Shown here: piece by piece, positions 35,842-49,626 of the stretch | Numbering within the stretch: the first letter of the stretch is position 1 | Layout: the number at the start of each line of letters is the position of its first letter | DNA from: Octopus sinensis | Lineage: Eukaryota | Length of the DNA stretch: 64,000 nucleotides | Assembly (NCBI RefSeq): GCF_006345805.1 | Contig: NC_043016.1 | Location: 11,718,001 to 11,782,000, forward strand | Direction: 5' to 3' | Made by a program: the position numbers and the translations under genes | Notes under the pieces: model-generated | Database searches by the model: none | Seen by the model: the letters and a program-made list of their open reading frames with translations, nothing else | Told to the model about the DNA's origin: nothing

Positions 35842-35873
35842 CATATATATTATTACTATCTATACATATACAT

Positions 35874-35930
<57 letters not shown>

Positions 35931-35965
35931 TATATATACATTATATATATATATATATATATACA
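33745..35965. repeat. Large (TA)n / TA-rich low-complexity block
   Basis: Read directly; includes GAATGTACGTATGTA-type units at about 33790-34150 and a non-TA island at about 34260-34545. Confidence 0.95.
34935..35029. mobile_element. Small palindromic element in (TA)n, Penelope-like remnant candidate
   Basis: Arms attaatttattatatagaaggagcttc / gaagctccttactatatataataaattaat; the minus-strand centre has hammerhead-like remnants. Confidence 0.6.
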
Positions 35966-36400
35966 TATACACAAACACATGCATTTTTCACACCAAACAC
36001 TTGTGCACTAAGGGTGCTGTTGTGATCTGTCTCAAATGTAGTACTCGTATGTCATCGGGTCGTGAAACAGCTCCATAAGTGTTTTAGCAGCTTTCACCTA
36101 CACACTCACACACACACACACATGTATATATATTCTTTCCCTCATTTCAGCTATGCGGCTACAGTCTTTCTTTTATTCTTTTACGTGTTTCAGTCATTTG
36201 ACTGTGGCCATGCTGGAGCACCTCCTTGGAGGGTTTTAGCCAAAAATATTGCCCCCCAGCACTTATTCTCTGTAAGCCTGGTACTTATTCTATCGGTCTG
36301 TTTTGCCAAACCACTAAGTTACAGGGATGTTAACACACCAGCATCAGTTGTCAAGCAATGGTTGGGGAACAAACATAGATACACACACGTGAATATATGA

Positions 36401-36442
<42 letters not shown>

Positions 36443-37900
36443 GGTTCTTTCAGTTTCCGTCTACCAAATCCACTCACAAGGCTTTGGTCGGCCACAGGCT
36501 ATAGTAGAAGACACTTGAAAGGTGCCATGCAGTGGGACTGAACCTGGAAGCATCGGGTTGGGAAGCAAATTTCTTAGCACATAGCCTTGCCTGCACCTAT
36601 ATATATATATATATATCATGTAATGGCTGCAAGCTCATGTTTGAGTATTGCCATCACCTGATTGAAAGTCCCCCACACGTGAAGGCTACAACCAGCCATT
36701 TTTGTGATAGGTCTTTTTTTTTTTTTCAAGCGAGCCTGTACTGATGATCTTTTAGAAAGGATTTGCACAGATCCAATCCCACTCTCTGGATATGGACGAT
36801 ATAAACTCGAAAGAATAACTAGTCTACATCATTGAATATTGTCCGTGTCGCAAATTTCTCTCTGAGTTTCCCTCTCCTAGAGGATGTTGTGACAACAACA
36901 GAGGAGCCCCACCCCCACAATCCAGTGGATCAACCCACACCTGGACACCAATCCAGGTATTTCCATGTATTTCCATGTCCCCACACATACATGATGTACA
37001 CATGTTGGATGGCCATTGACTGCTCATAAGTTCTTCCACTCTTTGATATATATATATATATATATGTATACCACACCACACACACATATATATACAGGTG
37101 CAGGCATGCCTGTTTGATCAAGAAATTTGCTTCCAAATCATGTGCTTTCAGGTTCATTCCCACTGCATAGCACCTTGTCCAGGTGGATTTGGCAGACAGA
37201 AACAGTAAGCCCATCATATATGTTTGTGTGTGTGTTCAAATTGTGTATTTGAAGGCATAATTAATGAATAAGATGAAGTGTTGCTGATGCTTTCTCTTAT
37301 AAATGGTATTTTGCGTAACACTACATTTACATGTGGTATAGGTGCCAGTTGTTGTTGTTGTTGTTGTTGTTACTATTGTTCTTGTTATTGTTTCAGATAG
37401 TCAACAGTTATAGTTACAGTTGAAACATTCTTCAGTTATTCCATTCCCCCTCCACACACACACCTTACCGCTAACGTTTCTCTTTGAAGTAGCTTCTTAC
37501 ACATAACTCCACAGAGGCTCACAGGGATATGCTGTTGATATGATATGATATGAATTGTTGAATTTTTCTATAAGGATATCAGCATTTTATTTACTCGGTT
37601 AGCTATGCATGCATACATATATATTTATGTATACACACATATATATATATCTGTTATCTTTTCTTTCACTTGTTCCATTGTTTAGACTACAGCCATGCTG
37701 GGGCACTGCCTTAAAGAAGTTTAGTCAGATGCATCAACCCCAGTACTTTTTTTTTTAACCCTGGTACTTATTCTATAAGTGTCTTTTGCTGAACCACTAA
37801 GTTCTGGGGACACATACATACACACCAACACCAGTTCTTAAATGGTGGTGGGAGAAAAACGACACATATACACACACTCTTGTGTGTCTGTGTATGTGTA

Positions 37901-38000
37901 NNNNNNNNNNNNNNNNNNNNNNNNNNNNNNNNNNNNNNNNNNNNNNNNNNNNNNNNNNNNNNNNNNNNNNNNNNNNNNNNNNNNNNNNNNNNNNNNNNNN
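37901..38000. other. Assembly gap (100 N)
   Basis: Run of n. Confidence 1.
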
Positions 38001-38305
38001 AACTTCAAGCTTTGATAGATTGATATGTACAAAGCATGAAACTCAGGCATTGAATCATACATGCAGCTTCACTGTTAAATATATGGATGTAAATATAATC
38101 ATGTAATTAAGCCGTTATCATATCCTTGTAGACATGTCTAGTCATGTGGCCCTAAAGGCTTTTAACAGAGTCTGCTTTGTTACAGATATTTGAAGCAAGT
38201 CTCAGATCTGAGGATAACTTACTTGTATCTTCCTCCTTTTCTCTCACACCATGACCTCTTGAAGGTCATGAAAAAGCTTACATGCAGTTCACCTTTTCTC
38301 TAAAC

Positions 38306-38522
38306 CAGTGCTTCTGAACCTCTTTGATTCTCACGGTTATTTGATGCTTAAAGAAATCCTATTATATTTTTATAATTAAATATTATTAAGGATTGTATTA
38401 AAAATTGTTAAGATATTTTATGCATTGTAGCATTATAAACCAGTCTATTTCACTTGAATTTTTAATGACAAAATCTTATGTGGACCTCAAAAGGTAATTT
38501 GGACCTTGGTTGAGAACCATAG
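38306..38522. mobile_element. Decayed hAT-like MITE
   Basis: Ends cagtgcttctgaacc / ggttgagaaccatag; TSD degenerate. Confidence 0.55.
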
Positions 38523-40424
38523 AAATAAAGTAATCGTTATTCATAGTCATAGGAGATTCGGATTATGATGCTAGCAGTGTTAATATGATGAAAATCATCA
38601 TTTAGCGTCTGCTTTCCATGCTAGCATGGGTTGGACGGTTCAACAAGGGTCTGGGAAGCCAGAAGGCTGCACCAGGCCCAGTCTGATCTGGCAATGTTTC
38701 TACAGCTGGATGCCCTTCCTAATGCCAACCACTCTGTGAGTGTAGTGGGTGCTTTTTACATGCCAGACGAGTCTGGCAAACAGCCACGCTCGGATGGTGT
38801 TTTTTATGTGCCACCGACACAGGTGCCGGACGAGGCTGGCGAACGGCCACGCTCGGATGGTTTTTTTTTTTTTTTTTTAAATAAACACCAAATTTGAAAG
38901 ATTTCTCCATTCTTGTTTGGATATTTGCTGGTTGAAGAGATTTCCTTCTAGCTGCTCTACAACATCAGTTGCCTTACAATGTGGATTCATCATCATCATT
39001 GTTTAACGTCCGCTTTCCATGCTAGCATGGGTTGGACGATTTTGACTGAGGGCTGGCGAACCAGATGGCTGCACCAGACTCCAATCTTGATTTGGCAGAG
39101 TTTCTACAGCTGGATGCCCTTCCTAACGTCAATAATCCAATTGACATCCCAAAGACACTCAGATCAAGATGCTGTTGGGTCTCTTTTCTTTGCTGGTGAA
39201 TTGTACAGTCACTCTGTTGACTAGCAAGAAGAAGCTTTGGTTTTGTGCAATCTTACACTAAGTCTACCCTCAGATTCACCCACAATATGTCCTCTTTGAA
39301 AATCGGACATCTCCTTTGCTTCTGGTAATTGTAATATGGCTAGTTGCTATAAACAACAACACTCACTGTAATGTAAAATGTAGTGTCTGCACTTATAAAA
39401 TTATAAAATGAGGTGGGGCTTACTTTTGAGGGTGAGAGTAAGAAAGAAAAATAAGAGAACCAGGTGAGCTGGAGGGGAAAAATTAAAGCGAGGAAGAGCT
39501 AAAGGATAAAGGCAGGATAATTGTTTTAGGAATGGATGAAGGAGTTGCTCATTTAACCCTTTCGTTACCAACCCGGCTGAAACTGGCTCTGGCTCTGAGT
39601 ACAAATATTTTGTTTCCATAAGTTCTTCCACCAAAGCTTAGTCACAGTTTATGTTCCTAACACTAGCTTAATGATAACTAAGTTATTTTACTAAATTCTT
39701 TGTCATATTTAAAGTAATTGAAAGAAACAGAGCATCTCAATAGAAATATGGTAACGAAAGGTGATGCTGTGTTTGAAAATGAAAACAAAACACGGAACTT
39801 TGTTCCGTCTATGTAAATCCAGGACGTACAGAGATAATAGGCACTGAAAAAGGTATGATGGGAGTGTCTTGTGTTGATGTGGATAGCAAGAGCTTTGTTT
39901 GGCATAATGGGTTCTGAAAGTTCCTGGGTTTGGTAAAAGATAATACACGAGGATTAGTTAATTATGGCTTTATTCAACATATTCCCCTCTCAGACTGACA
40001 CACTTATCGAAGGCTGCAAGCTGGCAGAAATGTTAGCATGCCAGCCAAAATGCTAAGCAGTATTTCGTTTGTCTTTACATTCTGAGTTCAAATTCCACCA
40101 AGGTCAACTTTGCTTTTTATCCTTTTGGGGGTCGATAAATGAAGTACCAGTTGTGTACTGGGATCGATCTAATTGACTAGCTCCCTCCCCCAAAATTTCA
40201 GGCCTTGTGCCTAGAGTAGAAAAGAGTCCTACACTTATTTCAGAAAAGTGTTCATGAAAAGGATCAATAAGCTGATGCCACTAATGTAAAGAAGACTGCA
40301 AAGTTTGCAGATGATGCTGGATGCAATGTTCTTTCTCTCTACAGAAAACAAACCATTAATATATTACCAACAGTGTTGATATTTTGCCCCAGATTTAAAG
40401 CAGTGAGCTCGTGGAATTATTAGC

Positions 40425-40638
40425 GGCAAGCTGGCAGAATCGTTAGCACGCCGGTTGAAATGCTTTGCGGTATTTTGTCTGCCGTTACGTTCTGAGTTCA
40501 AATTCTGCCGAGGTCGACTTTGCCTTTCATCCTTTCGGGGTCAATTAAATAAGTACCAGTTACGCACTGGGGTCGATGTAATCGACTTAATCCCTTTGTC
40601 TGTCCTTGTTTAGCCCCTTGTGGGTAATAAAGAAATAA
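40425..40638 (+). mobile_element. Family-B SINE nested in the head of an older family-B SINE
   Basis: TSD gaattattagc at 40414-40424 and 40639-40649. Confidence 0.85.
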
Positions 40639-40883
40639 GAATTATTAGCATCCCAGGCAAAATGCTTAACAGCATTTCATTTGTTTTCATGTTCTGAGTT
40701 CAAATTCCACTGAGGTCAACTTTGCCTTTTGTCCTTTCAAGGGTCAACAACATAAATAACTAGTTGACCACTGGTTGATATAATCGATTTACCCCTCCCC
40801 CAAAATTGCTGGCCTTGTTCCAAAATTAGAAACTGATATTTAACCCCAGATCAATTCCAACTCGACCATGCCAGGTCACATTA

Positions 40884-41953
40884 CAAGCTGGTATCAAACA
40901 GTTCCTGGACTAGTTATGTTTAATAAAAAAAAATAACTTATTTACCAAAGTTTTAGCATCATCATCTTTGAAATAGTCACCTTGCACAGCAATACACCTG
41001 TCCTAAGGTTCCTGACACTTTTGGAATCTGGCCTGGAAGTCGTTTTCCTTAAACGAGTCGAAGACCTTCTGTGATTCACTCTTGATCTCAACAACAGTGC
41101 TAAGACAGTGACCTTTGAGCTGTATTTTGATCTTGAGGAAGAGATGGAACTCTGCAGGCGCTAAATCTGGGAAATATGATGGGTGTGGAAACGACACCGT
41201 GTTTTTTGGTGAGAAACTCACAAGTGAGGAGAATTTGGTGACAGGGTCCATTGTCATCGTAAAGAAGCCAATTCTTCACGCTCCACAGATCCAGTTACTT
41301 TTGCCAAACACTTTCCCTCAAATGCTTCAAAACATCATCGATTGTCCTCCGACGATTCTCGTGCACAAGCTGATGAATTATCTCTACATTTCCAGGAGTG
41401 GCGCTTCTGGCAGGTCTTCCAGATCGCTTTTCATCTTCCACAGACATTCTTCCAATTTCAAAGTGCCTGTGTCACTCAAAACATTGCACATGACCCACTT
41501 CCTAAGTTTAACCCTTTAGTATTTAAACCGGCCAAAATATTTAATCTGTTTTATGTTCAAACTGACCAGATCCAGGCTCTCATACCTACCCTACAATGTC
41601 ATTCTACATTAAGTAATTACACCATCAAGATCTTGAAGATATGAGACAATGCATGATTAATTAAAATCAATGGGAATCAATAAGTATTATGTTTGATAGA
41701 ATAATCTGAACACTAAAGGGTTAATGCAAAATTTCATGTTGGCTCTTTGTTCCAACTTCCCCTCCATGACAAAATCTCAGACTAAAGCATACACGTGATC
41801 ACAAATTTCACAACTAGTGAAGTAAACACAGCAATGTCACTCAGTACACTACCCCATGAAGATCACTGCTAGCTCTCACTGTGCATGCAACAACATGCTG
41901 CCACCTGTTGGTGCACTGCAGAACTAGTCCAGGGACTTTTTGATACCACCTTG
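40884..41953 (-). mobile_element. Decayed mariner element interrupted by a TTAA MITE (41512-41720)
   Basis: TA TSDs 40882-40883 and 41954-41955; TIR of about 33 bp caagctggtatcaaacagttcctggactagtt; ORF 41003-41257 has HPSYFPDLAPAEFHLF (mariner YSPDLAP motif). Confidence 0.88.
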
Positions 41954-42725
41954 TATATGTCCATAACTTGTCATTGCTCAACTGCCAACGATCTGCTCAA
42001 CCATATAGAATATATAATGGATTCTATTGGTGTTAATACTTAGTCAAAGTATTCACATGATCCAATCTGACCAATGGTGATGCAAATATTCTCACCTAGA
42101 AGCCATTTTAAAATTTCTTTTAAATTATCTTCTGTCTGCCTCCATAAATTTAATATGGAATATATTTTGACTAATTTGGAGGTATGAAATAAAACTACAA
42201 CTAAATGTAAAGTGCTACATTCACATGTCACCTTCTCATATGTGTATGCAAGCATGTATATATGTATATGTATGTATACACTCTTAGAGTGGTTGGCGTG
42301 TTAGGAAGGGCATCCAGCCATAGAAGCTGAGCCAAATCAGACTGGAGCCTTGCATAGCTCTCTGGCTCATCAGCTCCAGTCAAATCATCTAACCCATGCC
42401 AGCATGGAAAATAGACACTAAATGATGATGATGATGATGATATGAGTGTGTGTAGGCGTAGGAGAGGCTGTGTGGTAAGTAGCTTGCTTACCAACCACAC
42501 GGTTCCGGGTTCAGTCCCACTGCATGGCACCTTAGGCAAGTGTCTTCTACTTTAGCCTCGGGCTAACCAAAGCCTTGTTAGTGGATTTGGTAGGCGGAAA
42601 CTGAAAGAATCCCGTCGTGTGTGTGTATATATATATATTATTGATAAAAACGGTAACACAACAGAAGAATGAAAGAGACATCAATATTATGTAAATAGAG
42701 GAATTTATCTGCAAATATAAATATA

Positions 42726-42867
42726 TGTGACAATTATTCGGTAGCCATGATAAAACTCCGAGTTTCGGATGGCGAGATGGAAATCCATACCACCATCTCT
42801 TCAGTTATCTGGCCATCACGGCATCCGAAACTTGCAGTTTTATCATGGCTACCGAATAATTGTCACA
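42726..42867. mobile_element. Palindromic Penelope-like remnant inserted in the microsatellite of a family-A SINE
   Basis: Arms of about 46 bp tgtgacaattattcggtagccatgataaaact...; the centre contains a hammerhead motif on the minus strand. Confidence 0.7.
42749..42809 (-). ncRNA. Minimal type I hammerhead ribozyme motif
   Basis: Minus strand reads GAUAA-CUGAAGA-GAUGG-(loop)-CCAUC-C-GAAA-CUCGGAG-U-U-UUAUC: helix I GAUAA/UUAUC, full core, helix II GAUGG/CCAUC, palindromic helix III ACUC-G-GAGU, NUH triplet GUU. Confidence 0.7.
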
Positions 42868-43589
42868 CATTACATTTACAGATATATATTGGTATGTTTG
42901 TGTGTGTGTGTTTTGTCCCCCAACATTGCTTGACAACTGATGCTGGTGTGTTTACGTTCCCGTAACTTAGCGGTTCGGCAAAATTGACCGATAGAATAAG
43001 TACTAGGCTTACAAAGAATAAGTCCTAGGGTGAATTTGCTCAACTAAAGGCTGTGCTCCAGCATGTCCATAGTGTGTGTATGTATTTTCATATATTTATA
43101 TATATAAATGTATTCATAATAACAAAGGGTAAAATTAATTAATTAAGAAGTAATCGATAATTTCACCAAGTAGAATTCGGCATGAAAAAAGGACTATTTC
43201 ACGGTAAACTTAAGTAGCTGACTCCTAATTATTAAGTATATGTATTCATAGATAGATATAGCATTCTGTATATCTTACTTCACATGCATATACTTTTGAA
43301 AGTCACAAAACTGCAGTATTTATCTTGAGAAACTATTCTGTATTAATGTATAGTGCTAAAAAGTACAGAAGTGTATCAGTGGCAGATGAAAGGTGACCAA
43401 ATCACTAAATAGGTGGTGAATTGGGTGAAAATTTCTTATTAGTGATAGAAGTATTAGTTTAAAATAGCAATCTGTATATCATACTTAACATAGATATACA
43501 ACTGTACAAAGCCACACAACTGTAATATTCATCTCAAGAAAGCATCTTGATGGATAGTACTGAAAGCACAGTGTGATATCAGTAACGAA

Positions 43590-43932
43590 TATGTGTGTGT
43601 GTGTGTGTGTGTTCCATATATAGAAATTTAGGTGGAAATTCCAGATGGTGTACTCAATGCAGACTATGGACACATAAGAGGCACAGTGGGATCACAAGAA
43701 GGTTAACAGAGAAAGGCTTTGTGTATTGCAGGTGCACAGACGCAATAAACATGGAGATTAAATTCTTCTGGAATTCCCAGAAGGATCCTTTGAGATAGTA
43801 AATAGTTTCAGTTACCTAGGAAACCTAATTAATAGTAGAGTGAATGTTCTGAAAGTATAGTTGCTAGAATATGAACAGTACGAAGAACATTCAGAGAACT
43901 TTTACCTCTGTTGATGACAAACGGTCTCTCTC

Positions 43933-43998
<66 letters not shown>

Positions 43999-45520
43999 AG
44001 TGAAAAGCAGATTGTATGGTGGCCGTTGTATGAACAGCTATGCTACCTAGTAGTGGAATATGAGCTGTGAATGCAGAGGACATTTGAAGAGTAAAAAGAA
44101 ATGGAGTCAGTAACCTCTACCGGATGTGTAAACATCACTGCATGTGTACAACAAAACACAAATGTTTTGTGAGGAAAATTGGGTGTAAGAGGCATCAGAT
44201 GAAATGTGCAGAAGAGAAGACTGCATTGATAAGGTCGTGTACCTGAAATAAACTACATAAATAATTGTGGTTCCATCTAAATTTAGTGATCAGATAACCG
44301 TGGATGGAACCTGTAAAAGAGGAGACCCAGGAAGATATATTGGATTTTGCCATGAATATCAACCTGAAGATATGAGAAAGGACTGAGATGATGCACAATA
44401 GCTTGAGCAAGTGTTTTCTACAATAGTCCCAAGTAAACCAATGCTTTGTGAGTGGATTTGAAAAGACGGAAACTGTGTAAGTTTGTTGTGTGTGTGTGGG
44501 ATGTGTGCCTGTTTTTTTTTATGTCCCTGTAATATTATGTTGACATGAAACAGTGCACTTAGCCTCCCGTACTTACAATGAGAGGAAAAAGGCTTGGGAA
44601 TTTTATTATGAGAAGCTGTTCATCGTCACCATCATTTAGCATCCGCTTTCCATGCTAGCATGGTTTGGACGGTTCAACTGGGGTCTGTGAAGCCAGAAGG
44701 CTGCACCAGGCCCAGTCTGATCTGGCAATGTTTCTACAGCTGGATGCCCTTCCTAACGCCAACCACTCCGTGAGTGTAGTGGGTGCTTTTTACGTGCCAC
44801 CGGCACGGGGGCCAGGAACATGTAAAATATGTAGGAAGAAGAATGATCCGAAGTGTAGCCAACAGAGGGATTGGCTTTTGAAGTGTACAGTTATACGGTG
44901 AAAATGACCACTAAAAACATGAAAATGGGGAAAGTAGTAGGAATATATCTGCTAAATTAGGGCTCAAGCTAGTTACCTATATAAACAACTAGGTAATATA
45001 GGGAGGTATAGGAATATAATCATTCACTGCCACAAAGGTGCAAAGAAAATGCTTTAAAGAGAAACAACATATCAAACTGATGTTGACTGGTTATGAAAGT
45101 TATAGAAAGAGAATGAGGAGAATTCATTTGGGAGGGAATCAGTTTAGATGAAATGAAGTTCAAATTTGATGCTCTTTTCATAGTGATAGGAATTTCTAGC
45201 CAGGAACAAACCCCTCTATTAAACATTTGTTGATCTGAAGGTCTTTGGCAAGGTACCACAGTCTGTGGTCTGGTTGCTTTTAATAAAACTAGGTGTAGAA
45301 GAATGATTTAATGAGAGTGTTGCAAGCAATGCATAGGAATGGCATCAACAAATTAAGAGTCAGAAATGATTTCAGTGAGGAATTTAATATACGGGTTGGT
45401 GTTCAATGAGGTTTGGTTCTCAGCTCATTCCAATTTATAATAGTTCTCCAAGACAGGATATTCTAGTGGAAGAGGAAGATATGGGTATATGTAGTAAAAG
45501 ATGATCTCAGGATGTTGAAT
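43590..45520 (+). mobile_element. Scattered, highly decayed RTE LINE fragments
   Basis: Remnant WCTQCRLWTHKRHSGIT (ORF 43595-43798), SFSYLGNLI-like sequence, and an RT segment at about 45100-45240 homologous to 21560-21720. Confidence 0.6.
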
Positions 45521-46683
45521 TTCACAAAGATGATGAAAGAACTCTACAAAATCTTTTCAACTTTAGGCACAAGGCCTGAAATTTGGTGAGAGGGAGCCAG
45601 TCGAATAGATCGACTCCAGTACACCAACAGGTGCTATTGACCCTGAAAGAATGAAAGGCAAAGTCACCCTCAGCGGAATTTGAACTCGGAACGTAGTGAC
45701 GGGCGAAATACTGCTAAGCATTTCGCCCAGCATGCTAACGATTCTGCCAGCTTGCCACCTTAGAACTCCACAAATAATAAACAGTGACTTGCTATATTGG
45801 AAAGCATCAAGAATTGCATGTAAGGCGAGATGGCAGAAACGTTGGCACACCAGGCAAGATGCTTAGCAGTATTTTGTATGCCATTATGTTCTGAGTTCAA
45901 ATTCCGCCGAGAAGAACAGATGATACTGCTATTTCGCCCGTCAAGAGGATGTCTACATTAGCTGGTTATTTAGTGTGATTCACACTCGATATATTATATA
46001 TATATTGCAAGCAGGGAGAGAACTCACTAATATTCAAACCCGAGACCACCAGAACACATGGTTTCGACCTTATTATGGTCATCCTCAGTGATGGATATTC
46101 ATCTGCTAGACACAACAGTAGTTCATGCCCAGCTTGCAATATATAGAAAAAAAGTGACACACAGATCACTGAATCTTGCTACAAGTAAATTAAAGCAGTA
46201 TTTATACTGAGAAGTAATGTGTATCACTACCAAAATATGGGTGTTCTTTGAAGAACAGATAATACTGCTATTTTGATGTATAATGACACAGAAATCTAAA
46301 TTAATTTTTGCACCACTACTAGATACTTTTCATCTGCTTCTGATACACATCTTTGCTATTTAGCACTACACATCTATAGAAGCTTTCTCAAGATTAATAC
46401 AGCAGTTCTGTGATTTTCTATAATATATCTACATTAAGTATGATATACAGAATGCAATTCTGAACTAACACTGCTTCCCTTGCCAATTTATAAATGTTTA
46501 CCCAGTCCACTAGCCATTTGTAATTCCAGTAACTTGTTAATCACTGTTTTTTCCATATCAATGGAAGCTAGATTTGTCTAAGCATCCAGTTGATACAAGA
46601 TACTTGCTACTGATGATGCAACAAAGAAACAGAAACTGGACTTAGCAATCTCACTGCCATTGTTGGCCACTTTTCATCTGCTA

Positions 46684-47093
46684 TTATTACACACATGTGA
46701 GTGAGAACACTGAGATATTTTTGGTATCTAACATATGTCAGATACTGCGAGCGCTGCTTCTGATTGGTCAATCCATGGTGATGACCCGAGGTCACGGTGA
46801 CAGCGCTGTTTCTGATTGGTCAATCCGTGATGACTTGAGGTCACGGTGACGACACTACTTTTGTCATTCATAAGTTACAACTAAACGTGAAGAATTTAGT
46901 TATTGGGTTAATAAAATATGGTCGTTTATTCGTGTGTAATAAATAAAATACCAAACTCATTCCCTATGGATACCGTATTTATTATAACAAGTGGCTTGTA
47001 AACGTATCTAACGAGCGAAAGCGAGTTAGATACGTTTACAAGCCACTCGTAATAAATACGGTATCCATAGGGAATGAGTTTGGTATTCTCTAT
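46684..47093 (-). mobile_element. Unclassified (Crypton-like) element, copy 2, with intact terminal hairpin 46947-47087
   Basis: Reverse complement of 23511-23872 plus the extra hairpin arm. Confidence 0.65.
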
Positions 47094-47241
47094 CTAATAA
47101 ACTTGTGTGCTTTTTTAGCACTATACAAGAACCTTTCTCAAGACAAATATTGCAGTTTTGTGGCTTTCTCACAGTATATACAGAATGATATATATCTATA
47201 TATATATATATACATGTATGAGTATATATATATACTCATAC

Positions 47242-47272
<31 letters not shown>

Positions 47273-47776
47273 TGTGAAGGTGCATTGCTTAGTGGTTGGT
47301 ACATTCAGCTCACAATCATAAGGTTGTGAGTTCAATTGCCAGTGATGTGTTGTGTCCTTGAGCAAGACACTTTATTTCACGTTGCTCCAGTCCACTCAGC
47401 TGGCAAAAATGAGTAAGTACCTGTATAGTAAAGGACCACCCTTGTTACACTAAATCTCCCTGAGTACTAGGGTACACATGTCCATGGAGTATCAAACATG
47501 TCATGAGCAGGCTGTTCCGTTGATCACATCAGCTGTGACCCTCGTTATCATAACTGACAAAGTGCTCCTACATATATATACACATGTATGTATAAATATA
47601 TACATATATATATAGGCGCAGGAGTGGCTGTGTGGTAAGTAGCTTGCTAACCAACCACATGGTTCCGGGTTCAGTCCCACTGCGTGGCATCTTGGGTAAG
47701 TGTCTTCTGCTATAGCCCCGGGCCAACCAATGCCTTGTGAGTGGATTTCGTAGACGGAAACTGAAAGAAGCTTGTC

Positions 47777-47820
<44 letters not shown>

Positions 47821-49626
47821 CTGTGTTTGTCCCCCTAGCATTGCTTGACAACCGATGCTGGTGTGTTTATGTCCCCATCACTTAGCGGTTCGGCAAAAGA
47901 GACCGATAGAATAAGAACTGGGCTTACAAAGAATAAGTACTGGGGTCGATTTGCTCGACTAAAAGCGATGCTCCAGCATGGCCGCAGTCAAATAACTGAA
48001 ACAAGTAAAAGAGTAAAAGAGAATATACATATATACATGTATGTATATACGTTTATACATGTATGTATATATATATATACACACCATAGTAATTAGCTGT
48101 TCAAACAGACAATGATAGGAATATACACGTTATGCTTGATTGTGAATTTATATCTTAGTCTTGTTTATTTGGGTTATCATTCATTCTTGTGAAGTGGAAA
48201 GTGTCTTTGAGGCCCACTTTGGTATTGTGGTATTGTTTGGTTTTTCTTCATAAGGCTACAATGCTTAGATATTGGTGTCCAGTTTTGGGAAGTTCTCTGG
48301 CATGTGTGCATGTGTGTGAAACATTTCTGAATACTGTCCACTACATGAAATCACAACTGGTCTTTTTACAAATCTTTATTAAATTCAATGCCACCACCCT
48401 GCATAAAAAAAAAACAAACAAACAAACATATCAAAATGAAAAAAAAAACAAAACAAACAATAACAATCTTTGTTAAAATATTTCTTTATTTCTCCCATGA
48501 TCCCCTGCTCTAGTATGCTGATGACAAACATACTAGTATCAGCATCCAAGGCACTAAGTGTGTTGCAGACCAAAAATGTACAGTTTAGAGGAGGAGAGGA
48601 GAGGAGAGAGAGAAAAATTTTTTTTATATTATACATATATACATATATATATATATAATAAAAGCAACAGTAAAAATGATAGACTACAAACCCAACAGAA
48701 CGTGAACAATATTTTTCTTGATTGAGTCATATCAGTATGAAATGAAAAATGAACAGAAAAAAAAAACAAGAAAAAAAGATTCAATCTCTTCCTCTCTCTC
48801 CTAAACAAAGCAACACTTGTTTACATCAGTAATAAATAGAATCATTTGTATTTATATATATATATGTGTGTGTATATATATATATATGTATTTGTATTTA
48901 TGTACTGTCATCCACATATGGATAATCATTTACTCTTATCTAGTTCAGTAATCCTGCTTAATACAGCAGTATTGGGTTGTTGTTGGTTTTTTCTTTTTTT
49001 TTTTTTTTTGTTATTAAAAAAAAAAAAGAAAAAAAATCACAATACATTTACCGGTGTTTGAAAATTTTATATTATCATATATAGGTTTAACATTTTACAT
49101 AAATTTTTTAAAATAATTTTTTTCCACCCTTCTTTTTGATAAACTAAAAATTCAATAACTTTCAATTGAAAGAAGAAAAAAAAAAAAAAAAAGAGTCCCA
49201 AATGCTATAATTTCAAATAAAATACTTGCAATTATAATAATAACAAAAAGAAACAAGATTACTTTAATATTTAACGAAGATTTTGCAAGTTCTTCTTTAT
49301 CTGCCCTACTATATACTAACTATGTAGAACCCAAATTATTTCAGAATGTAAAAAGAAAACTAGCAGCAGAAATCATAGTGTTGGTGTTGATGAGGCAGTG
49401 AAGGAGGCTTTGCAGCGTTGCTTAATCTGCTCATAACAACAACCAAATCTTTCTCTACAAACTTTACATATCAGATGAATATGAGCCAATAAAGAAGTCT
49501 TTATATGTTCTTCTTTGACTTGCTAAAAACTAGCAGCCAAATCTCCTTCAAAGTTCAATCTTTACTTAAAAATTAGATAAATCTGTTATTATTTATATAT
49601 ATATATATATAATATATATATATATA

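Noticed and set aside
33672-35929. Tyr/Ile-rich ORFs
   Set aside because: Translations of (TA)n microsatellite.
36740-36765. Other CTGATGA...GAAA matches (also about 46609 and 59954)
   Set aside because: No helix II, III or I pairing around the core.
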